DNA of 64,000 bases from the NCBI GenBank assembly GCA_965226795.1, contig CBDDDZ010000002.1, positions 384,001 to 448,000 of the forward strand. Reading direction: 5' to 3'. Positions 28,099-37,560 of the stretch are shown here, one piece after another. The notes beneath the pieces are model-generated. The model did not search any database and had not been told where the DNA came from. It saw nothing but the letters and a program-made list of their open reading frames with translations. Positions within the stretch are counted from its first letter, which is position 1; the number at the start of each line of letters is the position of its first letter. The translations under genes and the position numbers were made by a program. Source of the DNA: Candidatus Latescibacterota bacterium. Lineage in GTDB: Bacteria > Latescibacterota > UBA2968 > GCA-2709665.

Positions 28099-29080
28099 AG
28101 TCGCTCCTGTTCGTACATCCTGGCGATGATTTCTTCGATGGGCGGGCTTTCCACAAAAAGGTCCCGGACGGGGTGCCGGGCGGTGATGCGGCCGATGAGG
28201 GTTGCGGCAGAGACCCGCTCCGGGTCAAAGCTGAGGTGAACCCGGTGCCCGTCCCGCCGCACGACTTCGGCGTCCGGATCGGTAATGGTTCCGGCTTCGT
28301 CCACCAGGTCCACGGTGAGGCGCCGTTCCCGGGTAACGCGGGCTGTCAGGTCCTCCAGGGCGCCGTCAGAGAGGATCCGGCCATGACCGATGACCATGAC
28401 GCGGGTGCAGAGGGCTTCGATGTCGTCCATGTCGTGGGTTGTGAGGATGACGGTAACGTCCCGCTCCCGATTCAGGCGTTTGACGAAGTCCCGGACCCCC
28501 AGCTTGGAGACGGCGTCCAGGCCGATGGTGGGCTCGTCCAGGAAGAGAAGGCGCGGAGAATGGAGCAGGGCCGCGGCCAGGTCGCAGCGCATGCGCTGGC
28601 CCAGGGAGAGTTGGCGCACCGGAGTGTCCAGGAGCGGCTCCAGGACGAGGAGGGCGATGAGTTCGTCGCGGGCGTGCGCGTAGGCCCGTGGGGGGACGCG
28701 GTAGATATCGCGGAGCAGGTCGAAGGATTCGACGACGGGCAGATCCCACCAGAGCTGGGTAGCGCTGTCCGAATACAACGCCGATGTCTCTGACGTGGGG
28801 GGATGCGTTCCCTCCAGGGAACGCGGCCCAGGATCTCGCAACGGCCCGAATCGGGCACGAGAATACCGGAGAGGACCTTGACGGTGGTGGACTTGCCCGC
28901 GCCGTTGGGACCGATGTAGCCGACAAGCTCTCCCGGCTGAATCGAGAATGAGATTCCGTCCAGGGCGTTGACGTGGCGGTAGCTGCGGTGAATCACGCCT
29001 CTGAGCGCGCCCCACATGCCGGGCTTCCGTTCAGCAATGCGAAAGGTCTTCACCAGATTCTCAACGACAATGTGGGGCAT
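28095..29080 (-). pseudogene. ABC transporter ATP-binding protein with two +1 frameshifts (~28800 and ~28761)
   Basis: Walker A GPNGAGKST, HVRDIGVVFGQR and TQLWWDL..LSLGQRMR..LDEPT lie in three different frames. Span 986 = 3n+2. Confidence 0.88.
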
Positions 29081-29125
29081 TTTCGGTCTCCTTCTCCACC
29101 CATGGGCAGGGCAGCCGCCGTAGAC

Positions 29126-29166
29126 AAACAAAAAGCCCGCCGTCGAGATAACCTCGACAACGGGCA
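29126..29166 (-). terminator. Intrinsic terminator within the 5' leader of the ABC operon
   Basis: Minus strand GCCCGTTGTCGAG-GTTAT-CTCGACGGCGGGC-TTTTTGTTT, about 50 nt upstream of the ATG. Confidence 0.75.
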
Positions 29167-29334
29167 CTAGCCGATAACCGTGCGTGGCCTTCGAAAGGCC
29201 GCCGTATGTTTAGCCTCCAGGATACTTCGGTTTTTCCCCGGAGGCGCGTGTAGAAATATTCATGTTTATTATTTTCAAAGGCTTATAGGTAAAATCTCAC
29301 ATGATTCGGGCATTTGTTTATGGCAACACGGAAA

Positions 29335-29363
29335 AATATAACACGGCGGGGAAGCGCAGGCAA
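29335..29363 (-). promoter_or_regulatory. Sigma70 promoter for the ABC operon leader
   Basis: TTGCCT-17 nt-TATATT. Confidence 0.55.
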
Positions 29364-29677
29364 GGTTAATTTATCCGGGAACATTGAAGGCCTCTATGTC
29401 CGTATACGCCGTGCCGATTGTTCGCGAGCCGTCGCGTAGGGTCTGCAGACGTACGTCGACACCCTCGACGAACGACGCCCGGACACGGCGGCGCGCAACC
29501 TGGATTCTCTCTAAACGCCAGTCCGTAAAACACTTGCGTGTGTGCAGGGCACTAGTTATAATTGCTTAAACTCGTGTTGTGGAGATGCCGCGAAAGGGAA
29601 GGAAGGATCCGTATCTTAACGTGTCCGGCGGTGACGGAACGAAAGAGGCGTCCGGTCTTGCGTTGAAGGGATGGACG

Positions 29678-30688
29678 ATGAACTACCACGCGTACATAAC
29701 CGTTTCCAGCGATGACAGGATCCTGAAATACCGGATGGATCCGGACACGGGCGATCTCGCTTTCGAATACAGCATCCACGCCGAGGGCGGGCCGGGCCCG
29801 CTTGCGGTCGACCCGCATCAAAAATACCTGTACCTGAGCAGACGCGGCGCCCGCGAAATCTCGGCCTATTCCATCGATCCCGTCACCGGCGGCGTTTCCC
29901 TGCTCGGCGCGGTCTCCGTGGATGCCGACGCGTGTTATGTGAGTACGGATCGAAACGGACGCTTTCTGCTCTCTGCCTCGTACGGCGGGGGGGTGGCGGC
30001 CGTCCATGCCATTCGGGCAGACGGTACGTTAAGCGATTTGCCCGTCCAAACCGTCAAGACCCTGCCAAAAGCCCACTTCATTCTCACGGCCCCGTCGAAT
30101 CGCCTGGCATTTTTGCCCCACGTCGGAGAATCAAACACCATTGTCGGATTCCGTTTCGATGAAGACGTGGGCACGCTCAAGGAGGTCTCGCGAACCACCC
30201 ACGAACCCGATGTGGGTCCCCGCCACCTCGTCTTCCACCCTGGCCTGCATATGGTTTACGTCTCAAACGAGCAGGGCAGCAGCGTAACTGCGTATGCGTT
30301 CGACGTCTGTTCAGGCGTTCTGGAACCCGTGCAGACCCTTTCCACCCTGCCAGAGGGCTTCAGCGGCGAAAACACCTGCGCGCAGATCCACATCCACCCC
30401 TCGGGCAGGTTCCTTTATGTTTCCAACCGGGGCCACGACAGCATTGCGTGTTTTTCGGTTGACCGGACGGGCTTCCTCACGGGTATCGGCAATCAACCCA
30501 CGGAACCAGTTCCCAGGGCTTTCGGGATCGACCCCTCGGGCAGTTTTCTCTACGCCGGCGGCCAGGAGTCCGGCGAACTGGCATCGTACCGTATCGACGC
30601 ACAGACGGGCCGGCTGCGTCCCCTGAAGACGTATACCGTCGGCAAACAATCCATGTGGGTCCTGATGCTGGCGCTTCGAGGCCGATGA
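29678..30688 (+). CDS. pgl: 6-phosphogluconolactonase-like 7-bladed lactonase
   Basis: SASYGGG, KAH, GPRHLVFHP, YVSNE, YVSNRGHDSI, PRAF motifs. Confidence 0.9.
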   Translation: MNYHAYITVSSDDRILKYRMDPDTGDLAFEYSIHAEGGPGPLAVDPHQKYLYLSRRGAREISAYSIDPVTGGVSLLGAVSVDADACYVSTDRNGRFLLSASYGGGVAAVHAIRADGTLSDLPVQTVKTLPKAHFILTAPSNRLAFLPHVGESNTIVGFRFDEDVGTLKEVSRTTHEPDVGPRHLVFHPGLHMVYVSNEQGSSVTAYAFDVCSGVLEPVQTLSTLPEGFSGENTCAQIHIHPSGRFLYVSNRGHDSIACFSVDRTGFLTGIGNQPTEPVPRAFGIDPSGSFLYAGGQESGELASYRIDAQTGRLRPLKTYTVGKQSMWVLMLALRGR

Positions 30689-30886
30689 GCTCGGCGCCAT
30701 ACCCTAATCGTCTGCATTTTTCGCGACGCTTGCCGCCGGGATATCCGGCGAAACGGAAGCGGGTTTAACCGGAGACAGGATGGCGCCTGCGGGGGCTGAT
30801 GACGGGTGCAAACGGCCATCCGTTGACAAAGCCGGGAAGACCAGCGCTAAATGTCTGATTTTCCGTCAATAACCTCAAATATCCTG

Positions 30887-30915
30887 TTGACAAACACGTT
30901 TTGGTGGCGTAATAT
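30887..30915 (+). promoter_or_regulatory. Sigma70 promoter of the cell-wall operon
   Basis: TTGACA-17 nt-TAATAT. Confidence 0.7.
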
Positions 30916-30953
30916 ATGGTGTAGTATATACTTCAAGATAACAATATGTTGGG

Positions 30954-31691
30954 ATGGCCGTGTTCTATTCGATTTCAAGAAGATTCGGATGCCTCTGCTT
31001 GGGAGGGTTGCTGGTTTCACTGGTGGCGTGCGCGACTCCCAGCCGGAGAATCGCTCCACCGGTAACGGCCGCCACAGAGGATTTCGATCCGCAAAGCCTC
31101 AACGACGACGACTTCCTTCTGAAGCCGCCTGCCGCGGCAGTGCCTCCCGTCTTTCAATTCGACGGATTTCGCGTCCAGATCGCGGTGGTATCGAGTCTTG
31201 AACGGGCAGAAAACTTCAAGAATGAAGCTGAAACGAAATTAGGCGTTCCGGTTCATATCTACCGCGATCCTGACACAGGTCTGCATAAAATCCAGGTGGG
31301 AAACGGCCGGACGGCAACGGAGGTCGAATCCCTGCGTCACGAGGCCAAGAGCGCGGGGTACACGGAAGCCTTTATTGTACGTGCCAAGATAGAAATCTCT
31401 CGTGCTGCGGTTCACGGTCCGGATTCAATGGCCGGTTTCAGCGTTCAGATCTTTGCGGCATCGAACCGGGCGGCTGCCGAAAGTGAGATGGCCAACGTCC
31501 GGGACACCCTCGGACAGGACGACGTTTACATAGAATCCGAACCGCCGTACTTCAAGGTTCGGATCGGCAACTTCCGAACGCGGGAGGCCGCTGAAGGACT
31601 CATGGAAAGGCTCAAGTCATACGGATACGATACTCCCTTTGTGGTTCGGACACGCATCGATACATCCACGGAACCGACAACCGACAACTGA
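30954..31691 (+). CDS. Lipoprotein with two SPOR domains
   Basis: LVAC lipobox; GFRVQI/GFSVQIFA..PYFKVRIGNF..REAA motifs. Confidence 0.88.
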   Translation: MAVFYSISRRFGCLCLGGLLVSLVACATPSRRIAPPVTAATEDFDPQSLNDDDFLLKPPAAAVPPVFQFDGFRVQIAVVSSLERAENFKNEAETKLGVPVHIYRDPDTGLHKIQVGNGRTATEVESLRHEAKSAGYTEAFIVRAKIEISRAAVHGPDSMAGFSVQIFAASNRAAAESEMANVRDTLGQDDVYIESEPPYFKVRIGNFRTREAAEGLMERLKSYGYDTPFVVRTRIDTSTEPTTDN

Positions 31692-31831
31692 ACGCGTACA
31701 GGGTTGAACGCGAGCGGTCCTGTTGCCTTGACCGCCGCGAACATAGGCCTGCTTTGCGCGACCGGTCCGTCACTCGTTCATCGGTATTGCCGGTGGCCGA
31801 GACCTTGAATCGACTTCTCCATAGTGCCCAG

Positions 31832-33691
31832 ATGAAAGTTAGCCCGCTGTCCCTGAGCGTTGCGTTTTGCAGCCTTCTCCTGCTGTTTCTGCTCCCGGGA
31901 TGTTCAACCACGAAGCAGGTTGCGACATTTCCCGAAGCGGAAGCACCGGTCCTGTTCGGGAAGGCGTCGAAGACCGCCGAGGATTCCACGGCGGTGAAGA
32001 CGGACCGCCCGCCGCCGAACGACGATCGGCTCCGGCGGTCCGCAGAGGAACTGGAAAAAGCCCGGCTCGATAACGCGGCGTTTTCCGTGGAACGCGTGTG
32101 CATTCTGCTCACCGATTCCACCGTAACCAGAACCCTTCCGCCGGGGCGTCACCTCGAATTGCTTCGCACGACCCTCAAGCGCTATCGGGAAATGCTACCG
32201 CCGTCCGCACTCGTACGGCCAAACTCCGTTATGTCGCGGTTGCTCGAATCCATCCCCGATAGCCTCCTTTCACGCTTGCGCGACGACGTTCACTACAGGG
32301 AACTCTATGTCCGCAAACTGGCAGGCTCCGCCGATGTTCCCGTGGACTATAATTCCGAGGTCGTCAAGACAATCCGTTATTTCCAGACTACGGCCCGGAA
32401 GGCGTTTAAGGTCTGGCTTTCACGCTCACCCCTCTATGTCCCGATGATTCGAAAGGCCCTGCGTGAAGCGGGTCTGCCGGAGGACCTGGTTTATAAGGCG
32501 ATGATCGAAAGTGGCTTCAACCCGAGAGCCTTTTCGCGGGCCAGGGCCGCTGGAATCTGGCAGTTCGTGAGAGGCACGGCGCGGCTTTACGGTCTCAAAA
32601 ACAACAGCTGGATCGATGAACGCCGGGACCCGGAAAAATCGACGCGTGCGGCAATCCAGCATATCCATCACCTCTACGAGTTGTTCGACGACTGGCGCCT
32701 TGTGATTGCCGCGTACAACTGCGGGCAGGGTCGTCTCCAACGCATTATTCAGCGTTCAGGTACAAACGATTTCTGGAAGTTGCGGGGGCTTCCCCGGGAA
32801 ACAGGCAGACATGTTCCCCGATTTATGGCGGCCCTGATAATTTCCAGAGATCCGGAGTGGTTCGGTTTTGGAGACGTGGTCTATAGAGCGCCGCAAGAAT
32901 TCGATGTGGTGCCCATATCGGAATGCGTCGACCTTCGGGTGGCCGCCGATTGCGCGGGTACAACCTACGAACGCATGCGAAGCCTCAATCCCGAACTTCG
33001 CCTGGGTTACACCCCGCCGCCCGTGCGCGGACCCTATTCCTTGAGAATTCCGGCCGGTACTGCCGATAGATTCAAAGTCAACTATGCCCGAATCCCCGCC
33101 AGCCGAAAACGACAAATGGTTGAATACCTGGTGCGCCCCGGCGACACGCCTTCCGGCATTGCAAGGCAGATGGGTGTTTCCACCCGCGTCGTTCTCGAGG
33201 CCAACAACATATTGAATCCCAAACGCGTACGCGCAGGCAGACGGCTGAAGATCCCAATCCATCCGAATGCCAAACCCAAAAGAGCCGGCAGAGCGCCTGA
33301 GCGCGTCGCCGCGACGCCCGATCCGGACACGAACCGGAAAGTCGCGTACCGGGTAAAGAAGGGGGACACCCTGTGGGGAATCGGACTTCGGTATGGGGTC
33401 ACCCCGAATCAGATCCGGAAATGGAACAAGCTCAAGAAGCATATCACGCCCGGCGACCGTCTGGAAATCTGGAGGCCGGAGGCTTCCCAGGTTGTCCTGG
33501 CCGATCGTTCGGACCTGCGTCGCGGCGATTTCTACATTGTGCAGTCTGGGGATACGCTCTGGGACATCGCCCGCAGTTTTCGCATACGCGTAAACGACCT
33601 CAAGAAATGGAACCGTATCCGGAAACCAGGAAGCCTGAGGGTGGGCGCCCGGCTCCTGTTACGTCCGTCCGGTTTCCAGGCGGTCGACTGA
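31832..33691 (+). CDS. mltD: MltD-like lytic transglycosylase with 3 LysM domains
   Basis: AMIESGFNP, AAGIWQF, DERRDPEKST, AAYNCG; three GDT(P/L) LysM motifs; LPGC lipobox. Confidence 0.92.
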   Translation: MKVSPLSLSVAFCSLLLLFLLPGCSTTKQVATFPEAEAPVLFGKASKTAEDSTAVKTDRPPPNDDRLRRSAEELEKARLDNAAFSVERVCILLTDSTVTRTLPPGRHLELLRTTLKRYREMLPPSALVRPNSVMSRLLESIPDSLLSRLRDDVHYRELYVRKLAGSADVPVDYNSEVVKTIRYFQTTARKAFKVWLSRSPLYVPMIRKALREAGLPEDLVYKAMIESGFNPRAFSRARAAGIWQFVRGTARLYGLKNNSWIDERRDPEKSTRAAIQHIHHLYELFDDWRLVIAAYNCGQGRLQRIIQRSGTNDFWKLRGLPRETGRHVPRFMAALIISRDPEWFGFGDVVYRAPQEFDVVPISECVDLRVAADCAGTTYERMRSLNPELRLGYTPPPVRGPYSLRIPAGTADRFKVNYARIPASRKRQMVEYLVRPGDTPSGIARQMGVSTRVVLEANNILNPKRVRAGRRLKIPIHPNAKPKRAGRAPERVAATPDPDTNRKVAYRVKKGDTLWGIGLRYGVTPNQIRKWNKLKKHITPGDRLEIWRPEASQVVLADRSDLRRGDFYIVQSGDTLWDIARSFRIRVNDLKKWNRIRKPGSLRVGARLLLRPSGFQAVD

Positions 33692-33742
33692 GTCAACCAG
33701 AAAGATTATAGTGAAGATGCGCCCACGCCCCATCCGTCGCTC

Positions 33743-34252
33743 ATGAAAATCATTCGAGACCTTCTGCTCATCGTCCTTGCGTTGCTTGTTCAGACCTCCT
33801 GGGCGCATTCGGTCCGAATACTGGGTGTCGGCCCCGACATTGTCATCATCGTGCTGGTTTACCTGGGCATAGGCAGCGGGCAGCTTCAAGGTACCCTGTA
33901 CGGATTCGCGTCGGGCTTCCTTCTGGATGTCTACAGCCCCGAGACGATGGGCATCAACGCGCTGGCAAACAGCGTGGTTGGATTCTCCGTCGGTCATTTC
34001 CGGACGGGCGTCTGCACCGAAGATTTCCGCGTGCAGGCCCTGCTGCTGTTCCTGGCGGTCCTGTTGCACGATCTTATCTATTTTCTGTTCGCTAACGCCC
34101 TCTCGAATCCAGACGCGATTCTCGGTTTGATCGTCCGGGTCGGGATCGGGACGGCATTTTACACCGCAGTGGTTGGAGTCGGCATTTCGTTGGTATTGTG
34201 CATTCGCTTCAACAAGGGAATTTACCTCGATGCGCGACGACTTCATGGATAA
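33743..34252 (+). CDS. mreD: Rod shape-determining protein MreD
   Basis: Hydrophobic 169 aa, PDIVII..GF..GFLLD motif, directly upstream of PBP2. Confidence 0.9.
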   Translation: MKIIRDLLLIVLALLVQTSWAHSVRILGVGPDIVIIVLVYLGIGSGQLQGTLYGFASGFLLDVYSPETMGINALANSVVGFSVGHFRTGVCTEDFRVQALLLFLAVLLHDLIYFLFANALSNPDAILGLIVRVGIGTAFYTAVVGVGISLVLCIRFNKGIYLDARRLHG

Positions 34253-36122
34253 TGGCTTTCGGAAAGCCCGTGCGCGTTCCATGATGACGGTGGTGATTGC
34301 TCTATTCGCCGTTCTATTTGTCGGGCTGTTTCGGTTGCAGATTGCTGACAGCGAACGCTACCGCATCCAATCCAAGAAAAATACGATGCAGGTCGTGCCT
34401 ATCGAAGCCGGCCGGGGTCTTATTCGAGATCGCAACGGCGTTATTCTCGTAGATAATCGCCCTTCGTACACCATCTCGGTGCTGCCGCAGCGACTGCGCC
34501 AAAATACCGGTCCGACCGTTCGCGGGCACGTGGTCAACCGCCTCAGTCAGGTTGCGGGTCTGCCGGTACAACATATCAACCAAATGCTCACGAACCGAAA
34601 CCGTCGCTTTCACGAGCCGGTAAGGCTCAAACGTGACGTTGGATTCAACATCGTGTCTGTCCTGGAAGAAGAACGGTACGATCTGCCGGGCGTGGAAGTA
34701 CAGTTTGAAGTCAGGAGAGGATATCCGAGCTTCAACGGCGGTCTCCCCCTGGCGCCTCATATCGTCGGATATGTCGGCCTGATGGATGCGGAGACATATA
34801 AACGGAAGCGGGAGTTCGGGTACCGTCTGGATGACCAGATCGGGAAACGGGGCGTCGAGCGGCTGTGCGAGCCAGTGCTGAGGGGTCAGGAAGGCGTGAG
34901 ATTCATCGAGGTCAATGCCTTCGGCAGGGAGGTCGGCGGCTTTCCCGAAAAAACTGTCCTGCCCACGCGTGGCAACGACATCCTGCTGACCCTGGACTGG
35001 CGATTGCAACAGGCGGCGGAGCTTGCGTTCGCGGATTCTTTGAGAGGCAGCCTGGTGGCGATGGATCCGAACAACGGGGAGATCCTCGCCATGGTCAGCA
35101 AGCCAGGGTTTCATCCGCGGTCCATCCGCAGCGTGCGCGAATGGCGGACCCTGCAGGCCGACACGTCAAATCCCCTCCTGAACCGAAGCATGAAGGGCGA
35201 ATACCCGCCTGCCTCGGTGTTCAAAATGATCACGGCGATTGCCGGCCTCGAAGTGGGCCTGATCGATTCGGAAACGGCACGTTACCGATCCTGCAGGGGC
35301 AGAATGAAGTTCGGAGACAGGGTTTTCCGGTGCCATAAAGCCTCAGGGTGTGGTCGGCTGTCGCTCCGGGGTGCGCTCATCCGGTCCTGCGACGTCTACT
35401 TTTACCAGTTGGGGCGCAAGGTGGGCATTGCGAACTGGAGTCGCTACACCAGAATGTTCGGATTCGGTCAACCCACAGGGATCGACATCGCTGCCGGTGC
35501 CGACGGCGAGGCCGTCGGCATGGTAACCGACCGTTCATACTATAAGGAACGTTACGGACACTGGGCGGAGGGATACATGCTGAATCTGACAATCGGCCAG
35601 GGAGAAACCTCCGTGACGCCCGTCCAGATAGCCCGTTACATCAGCGCGCTGGCCGTCGGTAAGCTACCCCGACCCCATGTCCTGAAAAGCACGGCGTCTG
35701 AGTCCACGCCGGTTCAGATTTCCGCCCAGACCCTGAAGACGATACGAAGCATCATGCTGGATGTTGTCGAGGATCCTTACGGTACCGGGAAACGCGCCCG
35801 GGTGAAAGGCGTCCGTGTGGCTGGCAAAACCGGAACCGCGCAGAACTCTCACGGCGACGACCACGCCTGGTTCACCGCCCTTGCTCCGGCGCATCATCCT
35901 GAAATCGTGATCGCCGTTGTGGTCGAGAACGCAGGCCATGGCGGCGCGGTGGCCGCCCCGATCGCCGCGCGGGTTCTGGAAACCTATTTCGATCTGGCGC
36001 GGCCCGAACGGAAGGCGGACATCATCGTAGCGGAGCACGTTGACACCGAATCCTCTCCGGAAGCGAACGACTCCAAGCCCGCGCCAGCGGGCAATACAAC
36101 CCCCGCCTTGGTCTTGCGTTAG
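34245..36122 (+). CDS. mrdA: Penicillin-binding protein 2
   Basis: RGLIRDRNG, SVFK, SCD, KTGTAQ motifs. Start may instead be 34230. Confidence 0.95.
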   Translation: MDNGFRKARARSMMTVVIALFAVLFVGLFRLQIADSERYRIQSKKNTMQVVPIEAGRGLIRDRNGVILVDNRPSYTISVLPQRLRQNTGPTVRGHVVNRLSQVAGLPVQHINQMLTNRNRRFHEPVRLKRDVGFNIVSVLEEERYDLPGVEVQFEVRRGYPSFNGGLPLAPHIVGYVGLMDAETYKRKREFGYRLDDQIGKRGVERLCEPVLRGQEGVRFIEVNAFGREVGGFPEKTVLPTRGNDILLTLDWRLQQAAELAFADSLRGSLVAMDPNNGEILAMVSKPGFHPRSIRSVREWRTLQADTSNPLLNRSMKGEYPPASVFKMITAIAGLEVGLIDSETARYRSCRGRMKFGDRVFRCHKASGCGRLSLRGALIRSCDVYFYQLGRKVGIANWSRYTRMFGFGQPTGIDIAAGADGEAVGMVTDRSYYKERYGHWAEGYMLNLTIGQGETSVTPVQIARYISALAVGKLPRPHVLKSTASESTPVQISAQTLKTIRSIMLDVVEDPYGTGKRARVKGVRVAGKTGTAQNSHGDDHAWFTALAPAHHPEIVIAVVVENAGHGGAVAAPIAARVLETYFDLARPERKADIIVAEHVDTESSPEANDSKPAPAGNTTPALVLR

Positions 36123-36191
36123 TCAGATCCAATCGACCAAGCTCAAATCCGGATTTCCATTTCCTGACGCACGTTTCACAGGAATCTTCGC

Positions 36192-37412
36192 GTGGTCCTT
36201 TCCCGTTTTTTAAAACAAGAACTCGACCTGCCGCTGCTGCTTGCAGTTGTACTGGCCACCCTGTTCGGGATTGGTGCAATCTACAGCGCCACGTACAACT
36301 GGGAACAGGGCGCTGCCGGCAAGATCTACCAAAGGCAGATCATCTGGAGCGCGTTTGCCCTCGGCGCCCTTCTGTTTACCCTTTTCGTCCCGCCCAAGTT
36401 TTATTATGCCTTTGCCTATATTCTGTACGGCGTCTCCATCTGTCTGCTCGTGCTGGTTCTGTTTTTCGGGGATAAACGCTGGTTCGATCTGGGTCCTTTT
36501 CATATGCAGCCTTCGGAATTGGCTAAAATCGCAACCATTCTGGCTCTGGCAAGATACCTCTCCGCGCGCAACCTGAACCTGGACCGGCCCCGCTCACTGG
36601 TCACATCGTTTCTTCTGGTATCGCTTCCGGCCGTCCTGGTATTCAAGCAGCCCGATCTGGGCACCGCGCTGGTTTTCGTCTCCGTACTTCTGCCTATGTT
36701 CTACTGGGCCGGCATGAAACCCATCGTTCTGTTTTTCCTGATTTCACCTTTTTTTAGTCTGATCTGCGCCTTCCATTACGTGGCGCTCGTTATCCTTGTA
36801 CTGACGATTGGGGGGGTTGTTTTCCTGGTCCGACCAGGTCGATTGATGATTGCCGCCATTGTCGTGGTCAATCTCGCAGTCGCGGTCGGTGCGCCTTATC
36901 TCTGGGAAAACAAGCTGCACGACTATCAGCGCCGGAGGATTCTGACCTTTTTGAATCCGGACATGGACAAACTCGGCTCGGGTTACCAGGTCATGCAATC
37001 CAAGGTGGCAATTGGCTCCGGCGGCCTCAACGGAAAAGGATACCTGCAGGGTACACAGACCAAACTCGCCTTCCTCCCCGAACAACATACAGATTTTGTT
37101 TTTTCCGTGATCGGTGAGGAGTTCGGTTTTGCAGGCGCGATCCTCGTACTCGCCATGTTTTTGCTGATTATCTGGCGCGCCATCCATATCGCCGGTCTGG
37201 TCAAGAGCCGTTTTTCAAGTCTTGTTGCCATTGGTCTGGCTGCCATGCTGACCTTTCACGTTTTCGTGAATATAGGCATGACCGTCGGCGTCGTGCCGGT
37301 TACCGGCCTGCCGCTTCCGTATTTCAGCTACGGGGGCTCGCAGCTCGTGGTCAATCTGATACTCGCAGGCCTGCTGCTCAATATTTATGCTTACCGGCAC
37401 GAATATTATTAA
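36192..37412 (+). CDS. rodA: Rod shape-determining SEDS protein RodA
   Basis: QPSELAK, QPDLGT, PEQHTDF, SYGGS. Confidence 0.95.
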   Translation: MVLSRFLKQELDLPLLLAVVLATLFGIGAIYSATYNWEQGAAGKIYQRQIIWSAFALGALLFTLFVPPKFYYAFAYILYGVSICLLVLVLFFGDKRWFDLGPFHMQPSELAKIATILALARYLSARNLNLDRPRSLVTSFLLVSLPAVLVFKQPDLGTALVFVSVLLPMFYWAGMKPIVLFFLISPFFSLICAFHYVALVILVLTIGGVVFLVRPGRLMIAAIVVVNLAVAVGAPYLWENKLHDYQRRRILTFLNPDMDKLGSGYQVMQSKVAIGSGGLNGKGYLQGTQTKLAFLPEQHTDFVFSVIGEEFGFAGAILVLAMFLLIIWRAIHIAGLVKSRFSSLVAIGLAAMLTFHVFVNIGMTVGVVPVTGLPLPYFSYGGSQLVVNLILAGLLLNIYAYRHEYY

Positions 37413-37442
37413 AAGACTTCCGGATGAGGTACATCTACGTGC

Positions 37443-37468
37443 AAAAGGCGACCTTCCGGTCGCCTTTT
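37443..37468. terminator. Bidirectional intrinsic terminator
   Basis: AAAAGGCGACC-TTCC-GGTCGCCTTTT between convergent rodA and dnaE. Confidence 0.85.
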
Positions 37469-37560
37469 GTGTTTCCTTCCATACGTGGGCACGCGCGTCC
37501 AAAATATGAACGGGTCGCCGTGAACGCCGGACGCCAACCGGACCGTCGGATGTTACACTC

